Below, piece after piece: positions 50,801 to 61,123 of a stretch of 64,000 bases of DNA. The position numbers and the translations under genes are program-made. Each line of letters begins with the position of its first letter. Position 1 is the first letter of the stretch. The notes beneath the pieces were generated by a model. That model had not been told where the DNA came from. It saw only the letters and a list, made by a program, of their open reading frames with translations, and did not search any database. Origin of the DNA: Flavobacteriales bacterium (GTDB lineage: Bacteria > Bacteroidota > Bacteroidia > Flavobacteriales_F > PHOS-HE28); NCBI GenBank assembly GCA_023382455.1, contig JAHDVX010000009.1, positions 16,701-80,700 on the forward strand, written 5' to 3'.

Positions 50801-51721
50801 TCAACGGGGCCGTGGGCTGACCGTACGGCCGCCGCCGCCGCCAAAGTCACCGCCGGTGGAGCGGGAGGGGCGTGCATGGTCAAGGTCGAAAGTGCGGGTA
50901 GGCCGCTGCGCGGGCCGACGCTCCAATTGGCGGGTGGGTGCTTCAGGCACGGTGATCCGGTCGGTCCTGCGGTTCCCTTCCCGGTCCTGGCGGAAAGCGG
51001 GTGTTTCAGCGGCTTGGGGCGGCGTCAACAGGCTCGCCGGATTCCGGACGGCCATTCGCGGCGTGCCGGGCACGGTGGAACCGGCAACACCGGATGCCAC
51101 GGACGGGCGGTGGGAATACACCAGGTTCTGGTAGCCGATGGGTTCGTAGCACCCGTAGCATCCGCCCCAAGGGCCTTGGTAGGGGCCATAGCCCATGCCA
51201 TAACCGCCATAACCGTAGCCGTAGTTACCATAGCCGTAGTAACCGAACGGATGCCCGTAGCCGAAGGGGCTGTACGGATTGTAGCCGTACCCGCTGACCC
51301 AGCTGTTGCTCCAGTACGGGTCGTAGCCCCAGGAGCCGTAGCCCGTGCCATAGCCGATGCTCATACTGCCGAAGCTAGTGGGCCACCCGTAGCTCAGGCC
51401 CATGCCGAAGCCCGGACCGAAGGAGCTGATGGAACTGCCGAAGCCGAAGCGGCCGTAATTGTACCAGTAAGGGTCGTTATAGGCCAGGTCGTAATACCCG
51501 CGCTGCGCGCTTTCGGCCCGTGCCGATTCAGCGGGGTCGTAGTAATCATCCGTAGCGGGCGGGGCCTCGGTATCCCGGGGCGCCGGAGCCATGGCCACCA
51601 CCGAACGGTCCGGTATATCATACACATCATCGCCGGACATGGCGGTTTCCTGCAAGGTGCTGCAGGCGGAGGCCATCAGCAGCAAGAGGGGCAACAGGGC
51701 GGTATGCGGGCGGAGTCTCAT
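50801..51721 (-). CDS. Gly/Tyr-rich low-complexity lipoprotein (306 aa)
   Basis: A lipoprotein-like signal (…LLLLMASAC), a central ~150 aa dominated by GYG/YGY/PYW repeats ([25 protein letters not shown]), and an Arg/Pro-rich tail. The true start is at MRLRPH. Confidence 0.5.
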   Translation of the reverse strand: MRLRPHTALLPLLLLMASACSTLQETAMSGDDVYDIPDRSVVAMAPAPRDTEAPPATDDYYDPAESARAESAQRGYYDLAYNDPYWYNYGRFGFGSSISSFGPGFGMGLSYGWPTSFGSMSIGYGTGYGSWGYDPYWSNSWVSGYGYNPYSPFGYGHPFGYYGYGNYGYGYGGYGMGYGPYQGPWGGCYGCYEPIGYQNLVYSHRPSVASGVAGSTVPGTPRMAVRNPASLLTPPQAAETPAFRQDREGNRRTDRITVPEAPTRQLERRPAQRPTRTFDLDHARPSRSTGGDFGGGGGRTVSPRPR

Positions 51722-51812
51722 CGTATGGCAGGCGTTCATTCGGCCATGGGCAGCCCTTACTTTCGCGGCCCGTTGGCATTGGAACAAAAATAATACCATA
51801 AAACCGCCCCGC

Positions 51813-53282
51813 ATGAGCGATCAACTGACCAAGCGCGAAACCGACTACGCCCAGTGGTACAACGACTTGGTGTTGAAGGCCGACATGGCCGAGCACAGCG
51901 ACGTGCGCGGCTGCATGGTGATCAAGCCGCACGGCTACGCCATCTGGGAGAAGATGCAATCCGCGCTGGACGCCATGTTCAAGGCCACCGGCCATGTCAA
52001 TGCGTACTTCCCCCTGTTCATCCCCAAGAGCTACCTGGCCAAGGAAGCCGACCACGTGGAGGGCTTCGCCAAGGAATGTGCCGTGGTGACGCACTACCGC
52101 CTGAAGAGCGATGCGGAGCACGGCGTGGTGGTGGACCCCGACGCGAAGCTGGAGGAAGAGTTGATCGTGCGGCCCACCAGCGAAACCATCATTTGGAACA
52201 CCTACCGCGGCTGGATCAAGAGCTACCGCGACCTGCCACTGCTCATCAATCAATGGGCCAATGTGGTACGCTGGGAGCTGCGCACGCGCCTTTTCCTGCG
52301 CACGGCCGAATTCCTGTGGCAGGAAGGCCATACCGCCCATGCCAGCCGGGCCGAGGCCGAGGAGGAGGCCCGCCGGATGCTGGATGTCTACGCGGAGTTC
52401 GCCGAGAAATGGCTGGCCATGCCCGTGATCAAAGGGGTGAAGACGGCCAGCGAACGCTTCGCCGGTGCGGTGGATACCTTTTGTATTGAGGCGCTCATGC
52501 AGGATGGCAAGGCGCTCCAGGCGGGCACCTCCCATTTCCTGGGCCAGAACTTCGCCAAGGCCTTCGACGTTCTGTTCACTAACAAGGACAACCAGCAGGA
52601 GTACGTTTGGGCCACCAGCTGGGGGGTAAGCACCCGTCTGATGGGTGCCCTGATCATGACCCACAGCGACGACCATGGCCTGGTGCTCCCGCCGAAACTC
52701 GCGCCCGTCCAGGTGGCCATCGTGCCCATCGCCAAGAACGGCGAGCAGTTGCAGGCCATCGATGCGTATGTCAAACCGATCCTGGAAGCCTTGCGTGCCA
52801 AGGGCATCTCCGTGAAGTATGACAATGACGACAAGCGCAAACCGGGGTGGAAGTTCGCCGAGTACGAGTTCAAGGGCTACCCGGTGCGCATCGCCATCGG
52901 CCCGCGCGACATGGAGAACGGCACCGTAGAAGTGGCGCGGCGTGATACCTTGGAGAAACAAGTGATGCAAGCCGCGGGCATCGCTGAGAAAGTGCAACAC
53001 CTGCTGGAGGCCATCCAGGACAACCTCTACCGGAAGGCCTTGACCATGCGCGAGGAGAACACGCACCACGTGGATACCTACGAGGAGTTCAAGGACCGGA
53101 TCGGGCAAGGCGGTTTCTTCCTGGCCCACTGGGACGGCACCCCGGAAACCGAGGAGCGGATCAAGAACGAGACCAAGGCCACCATCCGTTGCATCCCGTT
53201 CACCGCTGAACCCAAGCCCGGCAAGTGCATGGTGACAGGCAAGCCCAGCGCCCAGCGCGTCATCTTCGCAAGGTCGTACTGA
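51813..53282 (+). CDS. proS: proline--tRNA ligase (archaeal/eukaryal-type class II ProRS, ~489 aa)
   Basis: ProRS class II motifs and a C-terminal ProRS-C1-type Zn-binding domain. The true start is at MSDQLTKRE. Confidence 0.9.
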   Translation: MSDQLTKRETDYAQWYNDLVLKADMAEHSDVRGCMVIKPHGYAIWEKMQSALDAMFKATGHVNAYFPLFIPKSYLAKEADHVEGFAKECAVVTHYRLKSDAEHGVVVDPDAKLEEELIVRPTSETIIWNTYRGWIKSYRDLPLLINQWANVVRWELRTRLFLRTAEFLWQEGHTAHASRAEAEEEARRMLDVYAEFAEKWLAMPVIKGVKTASERFAGAVDTFCIEALMQDGKALQAGTSHFLGQNFAKAFDVLFTNKDNQQEYVWATSWGVSTRLMGALIMTHSDDHGLVLPPKLAPVQVAIVPIAKNGEQLQAIDAYVKPILEALRAKGISVKYDNDDKRKPGWKFAEYEFKGYPVRIAIGPRDMENGTVEVARRDTLEKQVMQAAGIAEKVQHLLEAIQDNLYRKALTMREENTHHVDTYEEFKDRIGQGGFFLAHWDGTPETEERIKNETKATIRCIPFTAEPKPGKCMVTGKPSAQRVIFARSY

Positions 53283-53986
53283 TGGGCAAGATAAAGGAAC
53301 GGAAGGATGCCGTCCAGATGATCCTGGACCTCATGGCGGACCGCTCGGGCATGAAGCAGGACGTGTATGCCCGGTGCCGGGAATCATTTGCCATGCTGAA
53401 GGCGGAGCTGAAATCCCTGGCCGACCAACTGGCCCCGGCGATCGCCGGGCGCGATCCCCGATTGAAGGTGGAGTATGGTGAGCAGGGCGACTTTTCCGCC
53501 AAGGTGGTCATCGCCGGGGACACGGTGGTTTTCTCCATGCACACCAATGTCTTCCGCTTGGATCAAAGCAACAGCCTTTGGCAGGGAAGCTACCTGCAGG
53601 AGGACCAGCACCGCGGATACTTCGGTGTGGTCAACGTCTACAATTTCCTGAGCGATTCTTTCCGGTATGATCGCCAACGGGACATCGGGTACCTGGTGGC
53701 TCGCATCTTCCTCAACAAGGAAGGCCACTTCTTCATCCAGGGGAAGAAGCAGATCGGCTTCCTGTACAACGACCTGCCGGACAGTATCCTGGATCGATCG
53801 AAATTGCGCGAAGTGCTCTGCTCCATCCTGTTGTACGTCCTGGACTTCGACCTGCTGGCGCCGCCGTATGACCAAGTGAGCCAAGTGACCGTGCAAGAAA
53901 TGAAGGAGGTGGAGGCCTATTCCATGATCAGCACCGGCAAGCGCCTCGGGTTCCGGTTTCAGGCCGATACCGACGAGATTACATGA
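53282..53986 (+). CDS. conserved hypothetical protein (234 aa), coupled to proS (TGATG overlap)
   Basis: The ORF has good codon bias and starts at MGKIKERKD, overlapping the proS stop. No family is recognised. Confidence 0.5.
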   Translation: MGKIKERKDAVQMILDLMADRSGMKQDVYARCRESFAMLKAELKSLADQLAPAIAGRDPRLKVEYGEQGDFSAKVVIAGDTVVFSMHTNVFRLDQSNSLWQGSYLQEDQHRGYFGVVNVYNFLSDSFRYDRQRDIGYLVARIFLNKEGHFFIQGKKQIGFLYNDLPDSILDRSKLREVLCSILLYVLDFDLLAPPYDQVSQVTVQEMKEVEAYSMISTGKRLGFRFQADTDEIT

Positions 53987-54065
53987 TCGGATTTGGAGGA
54001 ATGGTGAAAGCCGTTATTTTTGCGGCCCCCAAAGCACGGCTCACGTGCCGGGGAATTGAGGAAAT

Positions 54066-54137
54066 GGCCCGTTCGTCTAGGGGTTAGGACGCGTCCCTTT
54101 CACGGATGAAACAGGGGTTCGATTCCCCTACGGGCTA
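54066..54137 (+). tRNA. tRNA-Glu (anticodon UUC)
   Basis: Manual cloverleaf: the acceptor stem GGCCCGT/ACGGGCT has a G-U at positions 1-72. The D-stem is GTCT/GGAC. The anticodon stem is CGTCC/GGATG and the loop CTTTCAC carries anticodon TTC at 54099-54101. The T-arm is AGGGG-TTCGATT-CCCCT. The discriminator is A and CCA is not encoded. Confidence 0.85.
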
Positions 54138-54141
54138 CTAA

Positions 54142-54176
54142 GGAAACCCGCGCTCAGGCGCGGGTTTCCTCGTTTT
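54142..54176 (+). terminator. rho-independent terminator after tRNA-Glu
   Basis: GGAAACCCGCGC-TCAG-GCGCGGGTTTCC followed by TCGTTTT. Confidence 0.8.
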
Positions 54177-54308
54177 GCGCCCATTGTTCAGGCGTCCCCC
54201 TCCGCGCTTCCGAGGGTATCCGTTCCCGTTCCTGTGGGAATGGATGTGCCGGGCCGGTTCCCGCTCTGGAACCTGCTTCCGGCGCAAACCTGAACCCCGC
54301 TGTGCACG

Positions 54309-54316
54309 TATATTTG
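54309..54316 (+). promoter_or_regulatory. Bacteroidota -7 element TATATTTG upstream of the polysaccharide locus
   Basis: TATATTTG lies 73 nt upstream of the wza ATG at 54389. No clear -33 TTG was seen. Confidence 0.3.
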
Positions 54317-54388
54317 GCGGATGCACGATCCGGCAGCCAGTGAGCGCTTGGAAGAAGGCATCCGCACCGTATCCGTAAAGCATAACGC

Positions 54389-55162
54389 ATGAAATTGGCC
54401 AAGGTGTTTTTTGCGCTCGCCGTCATGGGCTTGTTCGCCTCCTGCGTCGGAAAGCGCACCATGAATTATCTGCATGACAGTTCACTGAGCAACACCAGCA
54501 AGCTCTTCCCGAACCGGAAGTTCGAGTACCGGATCCAGGTCAATGACGTGTTCAGCATCAGGGTGCTCGGCCTGGACGATGAGAATGCACGTCTGTTCAA
54601 CGTGGAAACGGTGAATGCAGGGCTGGCCTTGAACGACGCATCGCTGTACGTCAACGGCTTCTCGGTGGACAAGGCCGGGAATGTCCAGCTGCCCTCCGTG
54701 GGCAAGGTGAAGCTGCAGGGCCTCACGGTGGGTGAGGCCCAGGACCTGCTCCAGCGGAAGATCAACGAGTACTTCGCCAATGCCACGGTGATCCTCAAGC
54801 TGGTCAGCTTCCGTGTGAGCGTATTGGGCGAGGTGGAGCGGCCCGGCACCTATTTCGTGTACAATAACCAGATCACCTTGTTGGAGGCCTTGGCGCAGGC
54901 CGGCGGCCCTTCAGTCATGGGGGACAAGCGGCACGTGACGCTGATGCGCCAAAGCGACCAGGGAACCCAGGCCCTTTATCTTGACCTGGGCAAGGCCGAA
55001 GTGATGTCCAGCGAGTATTATTACCTGCTGCCCAACGATGTGGTGTACGTGCCTTCATTGGGGGCCCGGCCACAGCGCATGAACCTTGACCTGTTGACCA
55101 TCCTGTTCGGGGCCATCAGTGCGGCGGCGTTGGTGGTCACCGTTGTACAGAACCAGAAATGA
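54389..55162 (+). CDS. polysaccharide export outer-membrane protein (Wza-like, Poly_export + SLBB)
   Basis: Lipoprotein signal (LFASCVG), a Poly_export-like core and a C-terminal TM helix. Confidence 0.8.
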   Translation: MKLAKVFFALAVMGLFASCVGKRTMNYLHDSSLSNTSKLFPNRKFEYRIQVNDVFSIRVLGLDDENARLFNVETVNAGLALNDASLYVNGFSVDKAGNVQLPSVGKVKLQGLTVGEAQDLLQRKINEYFANATVILKLVSFRVSVLGEVERPGTYFVYNNQITLLEALAQAGGPSVMGDKRHVTLMRQSDQGTQALYLDLGKAEVMSSEYYYLLPNDVVYVPSLGARPQRMNLDLLTILFGAISAAALVVTVVQNQK

Positions 55163-57495
55163 GCCAGGGACAAAGCGAGACCATTGACCTGCAGGCCATC
55201 ATCCGGAAAGTGTTCCGGATGTGGTGGTTGTTCGCCATCACCCTGGTGTTGGCGGGAGCCTCCGCCGTGTGGTACGTGAAGACCACGCCGAAAACCTATC
55301 AGGTCTCGGGCGTGATGCTCATGAGCGACACCAAGCGCAACAGCTTCGGCGGTGCAGCGGAGGATTTCATCAAGGGCACGTCCTACTTGAGCAGCAAGGC
55401 GGGCCTGGAGGATGAGATCAGCATCCTCACTTCCTACACCAACATGCTCAATACGATCCAGAAGCTGGATTTCGGGGTGAGCTACTATAAGGAAGCGGAC
55501 TTCCTGGACCAGGAGATCTACGAGGACAAACCCTTTATCGTCCGGTTGGATACCGGTCTGCAGATCACCGGCATCAAGGTGCAGGTGCGACCGGACCTCA
55601 AAGCCGGCACGTACCGGGTCATTGCGAAGGGAAAGAACGTACGCATGTTCAATGCCGGTCTGCAAATGCCGGTGGACAACTTCGTTCCCGACCTGGAGCT
55701 GGACCAAACGGCACGGTTAGGGGAGCCCTTCCGGAGCCCGTACCTGAACTTCCATATCCAGTTTTTCCCCGAATACTTGAAGACCGACGGCTCGAAGTAC
55801 TTCTTCGTGCCGGCCAGCAATCCGGATGTTGCCGCCTACTACCGGTCCAAAACCATGGTGACCCCGTTGAGTGATGAAAGCAACATCATCACCATCGCCA
55901 CCACGGGCCAGGATACGAAGAAGGAGAAGGACTTCATCAATACCTTGATGGACACCTACATCAAGGGCGAGCAGGCCAAGCACAACGAGAAGGGGGAGAA
56001 GACCATCGCCTTCATCGACGACCAGTTGAACCGGTCCATCGGTAATCTGGAGGTGGCCGAGGGCAACCTCCAGAACGTGCAGGCCTCCGCCGGCAACCTG
56101 GTGGGCAGCGCCGGGGATCGCGGGGCGGCTGTGTTCAATGACCTATCCCGGTTAAAGGACGAGCAGGCCAAAGCGAGGTCGAGATTGGATTACCTCGGGG
56201 AGCTGATCACCCACATGGGGACGGATGACGGAGGAACCCCGACCACCATCTCGGCCGTCAATGTCGGAGCGCCCTCGTTGAGCAACCTGATCGATCAGTA
56301 TAACCAGGATGTGAACGAACTGGCGACGCGGCGCCTCTCGGAACGTCAGCAATCCGCACCCACCATCGCCTTGACACGGAAGATCCAAACGGAACGCAAC
56401 CAGATCATCCAAAGCGCCCAGGATGCAAGGAGGGGCGCACAGTTCGAGTTGAACCAACTGACCGACCGTGTCCGGCAGCTCGAATACCAGTTGAACCAGC
56501 TTCCGCAAAGCAGCCGGGAAGTGTCCATCGCCACCCGCAAGTACGAGATCAATGCGAGCATCAACACGTATTTGATGGAGAAGCGGTATGAAGCGGAGAT
56601 CGCGGTGAATTCGGACCAGGTGGACAAGTACATCATCGATGCCGCCCGTGTAACGGACGGAGGGCCGGTGGCACCGAAGAAGTCGGTCGTGGTGGGCATG
56701 GCGGTGGCCATTGCCCTGCTATTGCCCTTGGGCTTCATCCTGGTGCGCGACATCCTCAACGACCGCATCATGGACCTGGAAGAGCTCAAGCGACTGAGCC
56801 CGATCCCGGTGCTCAGCACCATTCCGATGACGCGGCATGAGCGCATCACCAAGGAGGATGACCGGTCCGTCCTGGCGGAAAGTTTCCGCACGGCTCGCAT
56901 CAACCTGCAGTACCTCAATGCGGCGATGGACCGGCAGGTGGTGGGAATCACCAGCAGCACCAGCGGGGAAGGGAAGACCTTCTGTGCCGTGAACCTGGCC
57001 ACGGTGATGGCCATGGGCAGTAAGCGCACCTTGCTGATCGATGCGGATATGCGCAAGCCCAAGGTCCACGAGCGGCTCGGCATGGAGGTAGGAATAGGTT
57101 TGAGCACCTACCTGATCCGTGAAGCCGGGTTGGACCAAGTGATCCGACGTACGGACATCGCCGGTCTCGATGTGATCACGGCCGGCCCGGTCCCCCCCAA
57201 CCCGTTGGAGCTTTTCGAGGGGCCTTTGATGGGTGAGTTGTTCCAGCAGTTGCGCAAGCGTTACGACCAGGTCGTGGTGGATGCATCGCCGATGGGCCTG
57301 GTCAGCGAGTTCAAGGTGTTGGTCAGCCATCTGGACATCACGTTGTACGTGGTGCGTCAAGGCTACACGCGCCGGGCTATGCTCCGCCCGGTAAACGAGT
57401 TGTTCCGAACGGAGAAGATCAAACACATCGACCTGCTGCTCAATGGCGTGAAGGCCGGGGACGGGTACGGCTACGTGTATGATTCGAGATCGTGA
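55159..57495 (+). CDS. polysaccharide co-polymerase / BY-kinase (Wzc-like tyrosine autokinase)
   Basis: An N-terminal Wzz domain with two TM segments, a coiled-coil, a C-terminal P-loop (SSTSGEGKT), Walker B (LLIDADMRKP), and a Tyr-rich tail (DGYGYVYD). Confidence 0.85.
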   Translation: MSQGQSETIDLQAIIRKVFRMWWLFAITLVLAGASAVWYVKTTPKTYQVSGVMLMSDTKRNSFGGAAEDFIKGTSYLSSKAGLEDEISILTSYTNMLNTIQKLDFGVSYYKEADFLDQEIYEDKPFIVRLDTGLQITGIKVQVRPDLKAGTYRVIAKGKNVRMFNAGLQMPVDNFVPDLELDQTARLGEPFRSPYLNFHIQFFPEYLKTDGSKYFFVPASNPDVAAYYRSKTMVTPLSDESNIITIATTGQDTKKEKDFINTLMDTYIKGEQAKHNEKGEKTIAFIDDQLNRSIGNLEVAEGNLQNVQASAGNLVGSAGDRGAAVFNDLSRLKDEQAKARSRLDYLGELITHMGTDDGGTPTTISAVNVGAPSLSNLIDQYNQDVNELATRRLSERQQSAPTIALTRKIQTERNQIIQSAQDARRGAQFELNQLTDRVRQLEYQLNQLPQSSREVSIATRKYEINASINTYLMEKRYEAEIAVNSDQVDKYIIDAARVTDGGPVAPKKSVVVGMAVAIALLLPLGFILVRDILNDRIMDLEELKRLSPIPVLSTIPMTRHERITKEDDRSVLAESFRTARINLQYLNAAMDRQVVGITSSTSGEGKTFCAVNLATVMAMGSKRTLLIDADMRKPKVHERLGMEVGIGLSTYLIREAGLDQVIRRTDIAGLDVITAGPVPPNPLELFEGPLMGELFQQLRKRYDQVVVDASPMGLVSEFKVLVSHLDITLYVVRQGYTRRAMLRPVNELFRTEKIKHIDLLLNGVKAGDGYGYVYDSRS

Positions 57496-58831
57496 AGGCG
57501 GGTTATGGGCCGCGGGCCGTACGGCCGGGTTCAGGAAATACCTCGGCAACACGTCGTGGCTTTTTGCGGACAAGGTGGTGCGCCTGGCCGCTGTGCTGGT
57601 GACCAGCATCTTCATCACCCGTTATCTCGGCCCTGAGCTGTTCGGACAGCTGAATTATGCAAGTGCTTTCGTGGGCATGTTCTTCGCCCTCACGTCCATG
57701 GGCTTGGATGACATTCTCGTTCGGGACCTTGTGCGAAGACCGGACCGTGGCAACAAGCTGATGGGTACGGTGGCCGGCATCAAGCTGGCCGGGGCGGGCC
57801 TGTTGTTCATCACCGTGGTGGTGCTCGCCTGGTTGAAGGCCATGCCACCAAACAAGTTCGCCATGGTGGTCATCATTGCCTTGGCGGAGTTCCTCAAGCC
57901 GGTGGTGGTGGTGGAGCAGTTTTTCAATGCCCAGGTGAAGGGCAGGGTGTCGGCGAAGGTGAACATCGTGCAGTCGTTGCTGGGTTCTGCTTTCAAGCTG
58001 GCCCTGGTGGTGGTGCACGCACCCCTCGTTTGGTTTGCATGGGCCTATGTGGTGGAGATGCTGATCAGCGCGGTCGGGTTTGGGCTGGCCTATGGCCGCC
58101 ATGGTCATCGCTTGCGGGAGTGGGGTTTCAGTAGGACGATGGCCGTCTACCTCCTGCGGCAGTCCTGGCCATTGTTGGTGTACGGGCTGGCCTTGTACGT
58201 GCAGGCGAAGATCGACCAGGTGATGATCGGGGACATCCTTGGCCGGACCTTGGGCCAGGAAGCGGCGGACAAGGAGGTGGGGCAGTATTCGGCAGCCCTG
58301 AAGATGATCGAAGCCCTCGGCTTCATTCCCACCGTTATTTTGGCTTCCCTTGCACCCGCCATCACACGGGCCAGGGCCACGGACAGAAGCTTGTATGAGG
58401 ACCGATTGGTGAACCTGTACCGCCTCATGTTCATCCTCTTTCTCGTGGTGTCGGTCCCGCTCTACTTCCTGGCCGAGCCCATCATGGTCCTTCTGTTCGG
58501 CGAGGAGTTCAGGATGGCCGGCCATCTCTTGGCCCTGTTCGCCATCCGCCTGTTCTTCACCAACATGGGCGTGGCCAAGAGCAGTTTCATCACCAATGAG
58601 AGCCTGTTCAAATACTCCTTGGTCACGGCGGTGGTGGGGGCCGTGCTCAACATCACGATGAACTATCTGCTCATTCCCACGTATCAGTCCATCGGCGCCA
58701 TTTGGGCCATGATCGGCTCCTTCTTCGTCAGCATTTTCCTGGTGGACCTGTTCTTCAAGGAGGCCAGGCCCAATTTCGTTTGGATGATGCGGGGGATCGG
58801 AACGTTCTGGCGGGTGCACAAGGTGAGTTGA
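57479..58831 (+). CDS. oligosaccharide flippase (Wzx/RfbX, MOP superfamily)
   Basis: ~12 predicted TM segments and a typical Wzx N-terminus. It overlaps the wzc end by 17 nt. Confidence 0.75.
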   Translation: MIRDREGGLWAAGRTAGFRKYLGNTSWLFADKVVRLAAVLVTSIFITRYLGPELFGQLNYASAFVGMFFALTSMGLDDILVRDLVRRPDRGNKLMGTVAGIKLAGAGLLFITVVVLAWLKAMPPNKFAMVVIIALAEFLKPVVVVEQFFNAQVKGRVSAKVNIVQSLLGSAFKLALVVVHAPLVWFAWAYVVEMLISAVGFGLAYGRHGHRLREWGFSRTMAVYLLRQSWPLLVYGLALYVQAKIDQVMIGDILGRTLGQEAADKEVGQYSAALKMIEALGFIPTVILASLAPAITRARATDRSLYEDRLVNLYRLMFILFLVVSVPLYFLAEPIMVLLFGEEFRMAGHLLALFAIRLFFTNMGVAKSSFITNESLFKYSLVTAVVGAVLNITMNYLLIPTYQSIGAIWAMIGSFFVSIFLVDLFFKEARPNFVWMMRGIGTFWRVHKVS

Positions 58832-58834
58832 ACC

Positions 58835-60097
58835 ATGTCGTCCAGCCCGTTCCTCGTACAGCTCAAGCCGCCGGCGCCTGAAGGTGTGGTGTGCCCGGCA
58901 TGCGGCCAGGGAGGGGTGACGCCGGTGGGGTCGGTATGGCCCGGGATCCATGTGATGGGGCGCTACGCCTGCCCGGGTTGCGGCAAGGATTTCCTGCGTG
59001 ATTTCCCGGTCGGGTTCGCCGTAGACCATCCCATGGCCATCGGGCTGCCTGACGGCCCTTTGTACAACCCGACGAACGGCCCCGGGTGGATCCATGTGCC
59101 GCTGTTTGAAAGCTTCCGTGCGCCCAACCAGGAGCCGGTGAAGGTGGAACGCATCGTCCACCGCGAATGCCGCCGGGTGGTCATCCTGAACACCTTGGAC
59201 TACCTGTACGGGCATGTGCTCCTGAAGCTGTACAACGCGCCGTACTATTTGGACAACCACCCGGACGTCGGGCTTGTCCTGCTGGTGCCGCGCATGTTCC
59301 AATGGCTCGTGCCCGATGGTGTGGCCGAGGTCTGGGTGGTGGACCAGCCTTTGTCCAAGGCACAGCGTTGGTCCACGGCCATCGACGCCTTCGTGCAGGA
59401 GCAGCTGCCACGCTTTGATGAAGCGTTCCTGGGCATGGGTTTCGCCCATCCGGAGTTCAGCGGGTTGAACATCGAACGCTTCAGTGGAGTGGCTCCATTC
59501 CCGATGGAAGCGTTCACCACACGCCCTCCCCATGTCACCTTCGTGGTGCGCGAGGACCGCCTGTGGTTCCCGGGGCCGGTGGCCAAGTTCCTGTACAAGG
59601 TATGGGGCAAGTTGGGCCTTCGGGGAACAGTGGGCTGGTACCATGTGCATGCCCAGGACCGTTTGGTGAAGCGGACCATGGAACGGGTCCGCCGCTTGGT
59701 CCCGGGTGTGCGGTTCAGTGTGGTGGGGCTGGGCGAACCGGGCGGATTGGGCGCCGATGTGGAGGATCTGCGGACCAAGCGAATGAACAAGGAGACGGAA
59801 CTGGCCTGGTGCCGGGCCTATGCCCGCAGCCATGTGGTGGTGGGCGTACATGGGAGCAACATGCTCCTGCCCACGGCCCATGCGGCCGGATGCGTGGAGA
59901 TCCTTCCCTATGACCGGTATGGCAACATGGTCCAGGACATCTCCGTGCGGTGGAGCGACCGCATGCAGTTGTTCCTCTACCGCTTCGTCGATGAATTTGC
60001 GTCGCCCAGGGCCGTTGCACGCCATGTGCATGGCATATTTGCCGACTTTCAAGTCTATTTCCGGGACAACCGGACGAACATTTTCAGCGGACAATGA
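58835..60097 (+). CDS. putative GT-B glycosyltransferase, family-9 (heptosyltransferase)-like, with an N-terminal C4 zinc-ribbon extension
   Basis: CPACG...CPGCG at the N-terminus. A GT9-like N-lobe pattern (RVVILNTLDYLYGHVLLKLYNAPYYLDNHPDVGLVLLV) and a C-lobe motif (SHVVVGVHGSNMLLPTAHAAG) resemble the GT9 'GNDSGxMHLAAA' motif. The assignment is by motif only. Confidence 0.4.
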   Translation: MSSSPFLVQLKPPAPEGVVCPACGQGGVTPVGSVWPGIHVMGRYACPGCGKDFLRDFPVGFAVDHPMAIGLPDGPLYNPTNGPGWIHVPLFESFRAPNQEPVKVERIVHRECRRVVILNTLDYLYGHVLLKLYNAPYYLDNHPDVGLVLLVPRMFQWLVPDGVAEVWVVDQPLSKAQRWSTAIDAFVQEQLPRFDEAFLGMGFAHPEFSGLNIERFSGVAPFPMEAFTTRPPHVTFVVREDRLWFPGPVAKFLYKVWGKLGLRGTVGWYHVHAQDRLVKRTMERVRRLVPGVRFSVVGLGEPGGLGADVEDLRTKRMNKETELAWCRAYARSHVVVGVHGSNMLLPTAHAAGCVEILPYDRYGNMVQDISVRWSDRMQLFLYRFVDEFASPRAVARHVHGIFADFQVYFRDNRTNIFSGQ

Positions 60098-61089
60098 AGG
60101 ACTTCACACCGCCGGGCCCGTTGCGTACGCCGGTCCTGTTCATTGCCTTCAACCGGTACGACAGTGCGAAGCGCGTCATGGAAGCCATACGTGCCGCCAA
60201 GCCGCCCCGGCTCTATTTCGCCTGTGATGGTCCGCGGAACAAAAAGGAGGGGGAGAAGTGCCGGAAGGTGAGAAGCCTGGTGGAACTGGTGGACTGGGAG
60301 TGCGAGCTGCACACCCGCTTCAGCGATGTGAACCAAGGCGTGATGATGGGGGAGAGCACCGCCATGGACTGGTTCTGGGCGGCCGAAGAGGAAGGGATCG
60401 TGCTGGAGGACGACACCTATCCGTCCCAATCCTTTTTCTGGTACTGCCAGGATCTGCTGGAGCGCTACCGGCACGATGAACGCGTCTGGTGCATCATGGG
60501 GAACAACCTCATGACCGAATGGGAGGTGAAGGGAGATGCCAGCTACTACTTCTCAGCCCACGGCTATGGTGCCTACTGGGGTTGGGCGGGTTGGCGCAGG
60601 ACATGGGCCAAATACGACGTGCACATGACCGATTGGCCGGCGTGCCGGGATGGCGGGCTGCTCAACGGGTTCTTCCTGAGCAAGGCCGAGATGGAGGAGG
60701 CCTACAAGCTCTTCGAAGGCCAGTATACCGGCAGCATCCGGTCATGGGACTACCAGATGGACCTGGCGCGCCTGCTCAACCGGGGGGTAACCTGCATTCC
60801 CAACGTGAACCTGATCCGGAATATCGGGTTCGGCGCCGAGGGCACGCATACGGTGAGCGAGAAGGACCGCCGGAACAAGAAGGACCATTCCGAGCTGTCC
60901 TTCCCGTTGAACCATCCCAAGCACATGCTGGTGGACCACGAACGGGACCTGGCCTATTTCGAGCGGTACATCGAACCGGGCAGGTTCCGCAAGTTCAAGA
61001 ATGCGCTGAAGGGCCTGCTGCCGGCCAAGGTGGATGAAGCGCTCACGCCCTTTCTCTCCAAGGTCCAGCGGAAAATGGGCATCACTTGA
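60094..61089 (+). CDS. putative GT-A-like glycosyltransferase (HlpA-like family)
   Basis: The N-terminal VLFIAFNRYDSAKRVMEAIRAAKPPRLYFACDGPR pattern recalls the HlpA-like GT family. The gene sits inside the polysaccharide locus. Family identity is uncertain. Confidence 0.4.
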   Translation: MKDFTPPGPLRTPVLFIAFNRYDSAKRVMEAIRAAKPPRLYFACDGPRNKKEGEKCRKVRSLVELVDWECELHTRFSDVNQGVMMGESTAMDWFWAAEEEGIVLEDDTYPSQSFFWYCQDLLERYRHDERVWCIMGNNLMTEWEVKGDASYYFSAHGYGAYWGWAGWRRTWAKYDVHMTDWPACRDGGLLNGFFLSKAEMEEAYKLFEGQYTGSIRSWDYQMDLARLLNRGVTCIPNVNLIRNIGFGAEGTHTVSEKDRRNKKDHSELSFPLNHPKHMLVDHERDLAYFERYIEPGRFRKFKNALKGLLPAKVDEALTPFLSKVQRKMGIT

Positions 61090-61123
61090 GGTGGCTAACT
61101 TGCGGCGCACTACCCCGTGAGGT

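Noticed and set aside
53987-54065. Promoter for tRNA-Glu (TATTTTTG at 54026-54033)
   Set aside because: The -7-like motif is present, but the nearest upstream TTG is about 30 nt away, outside the usual spacing. It is too uncertain to list as a feature
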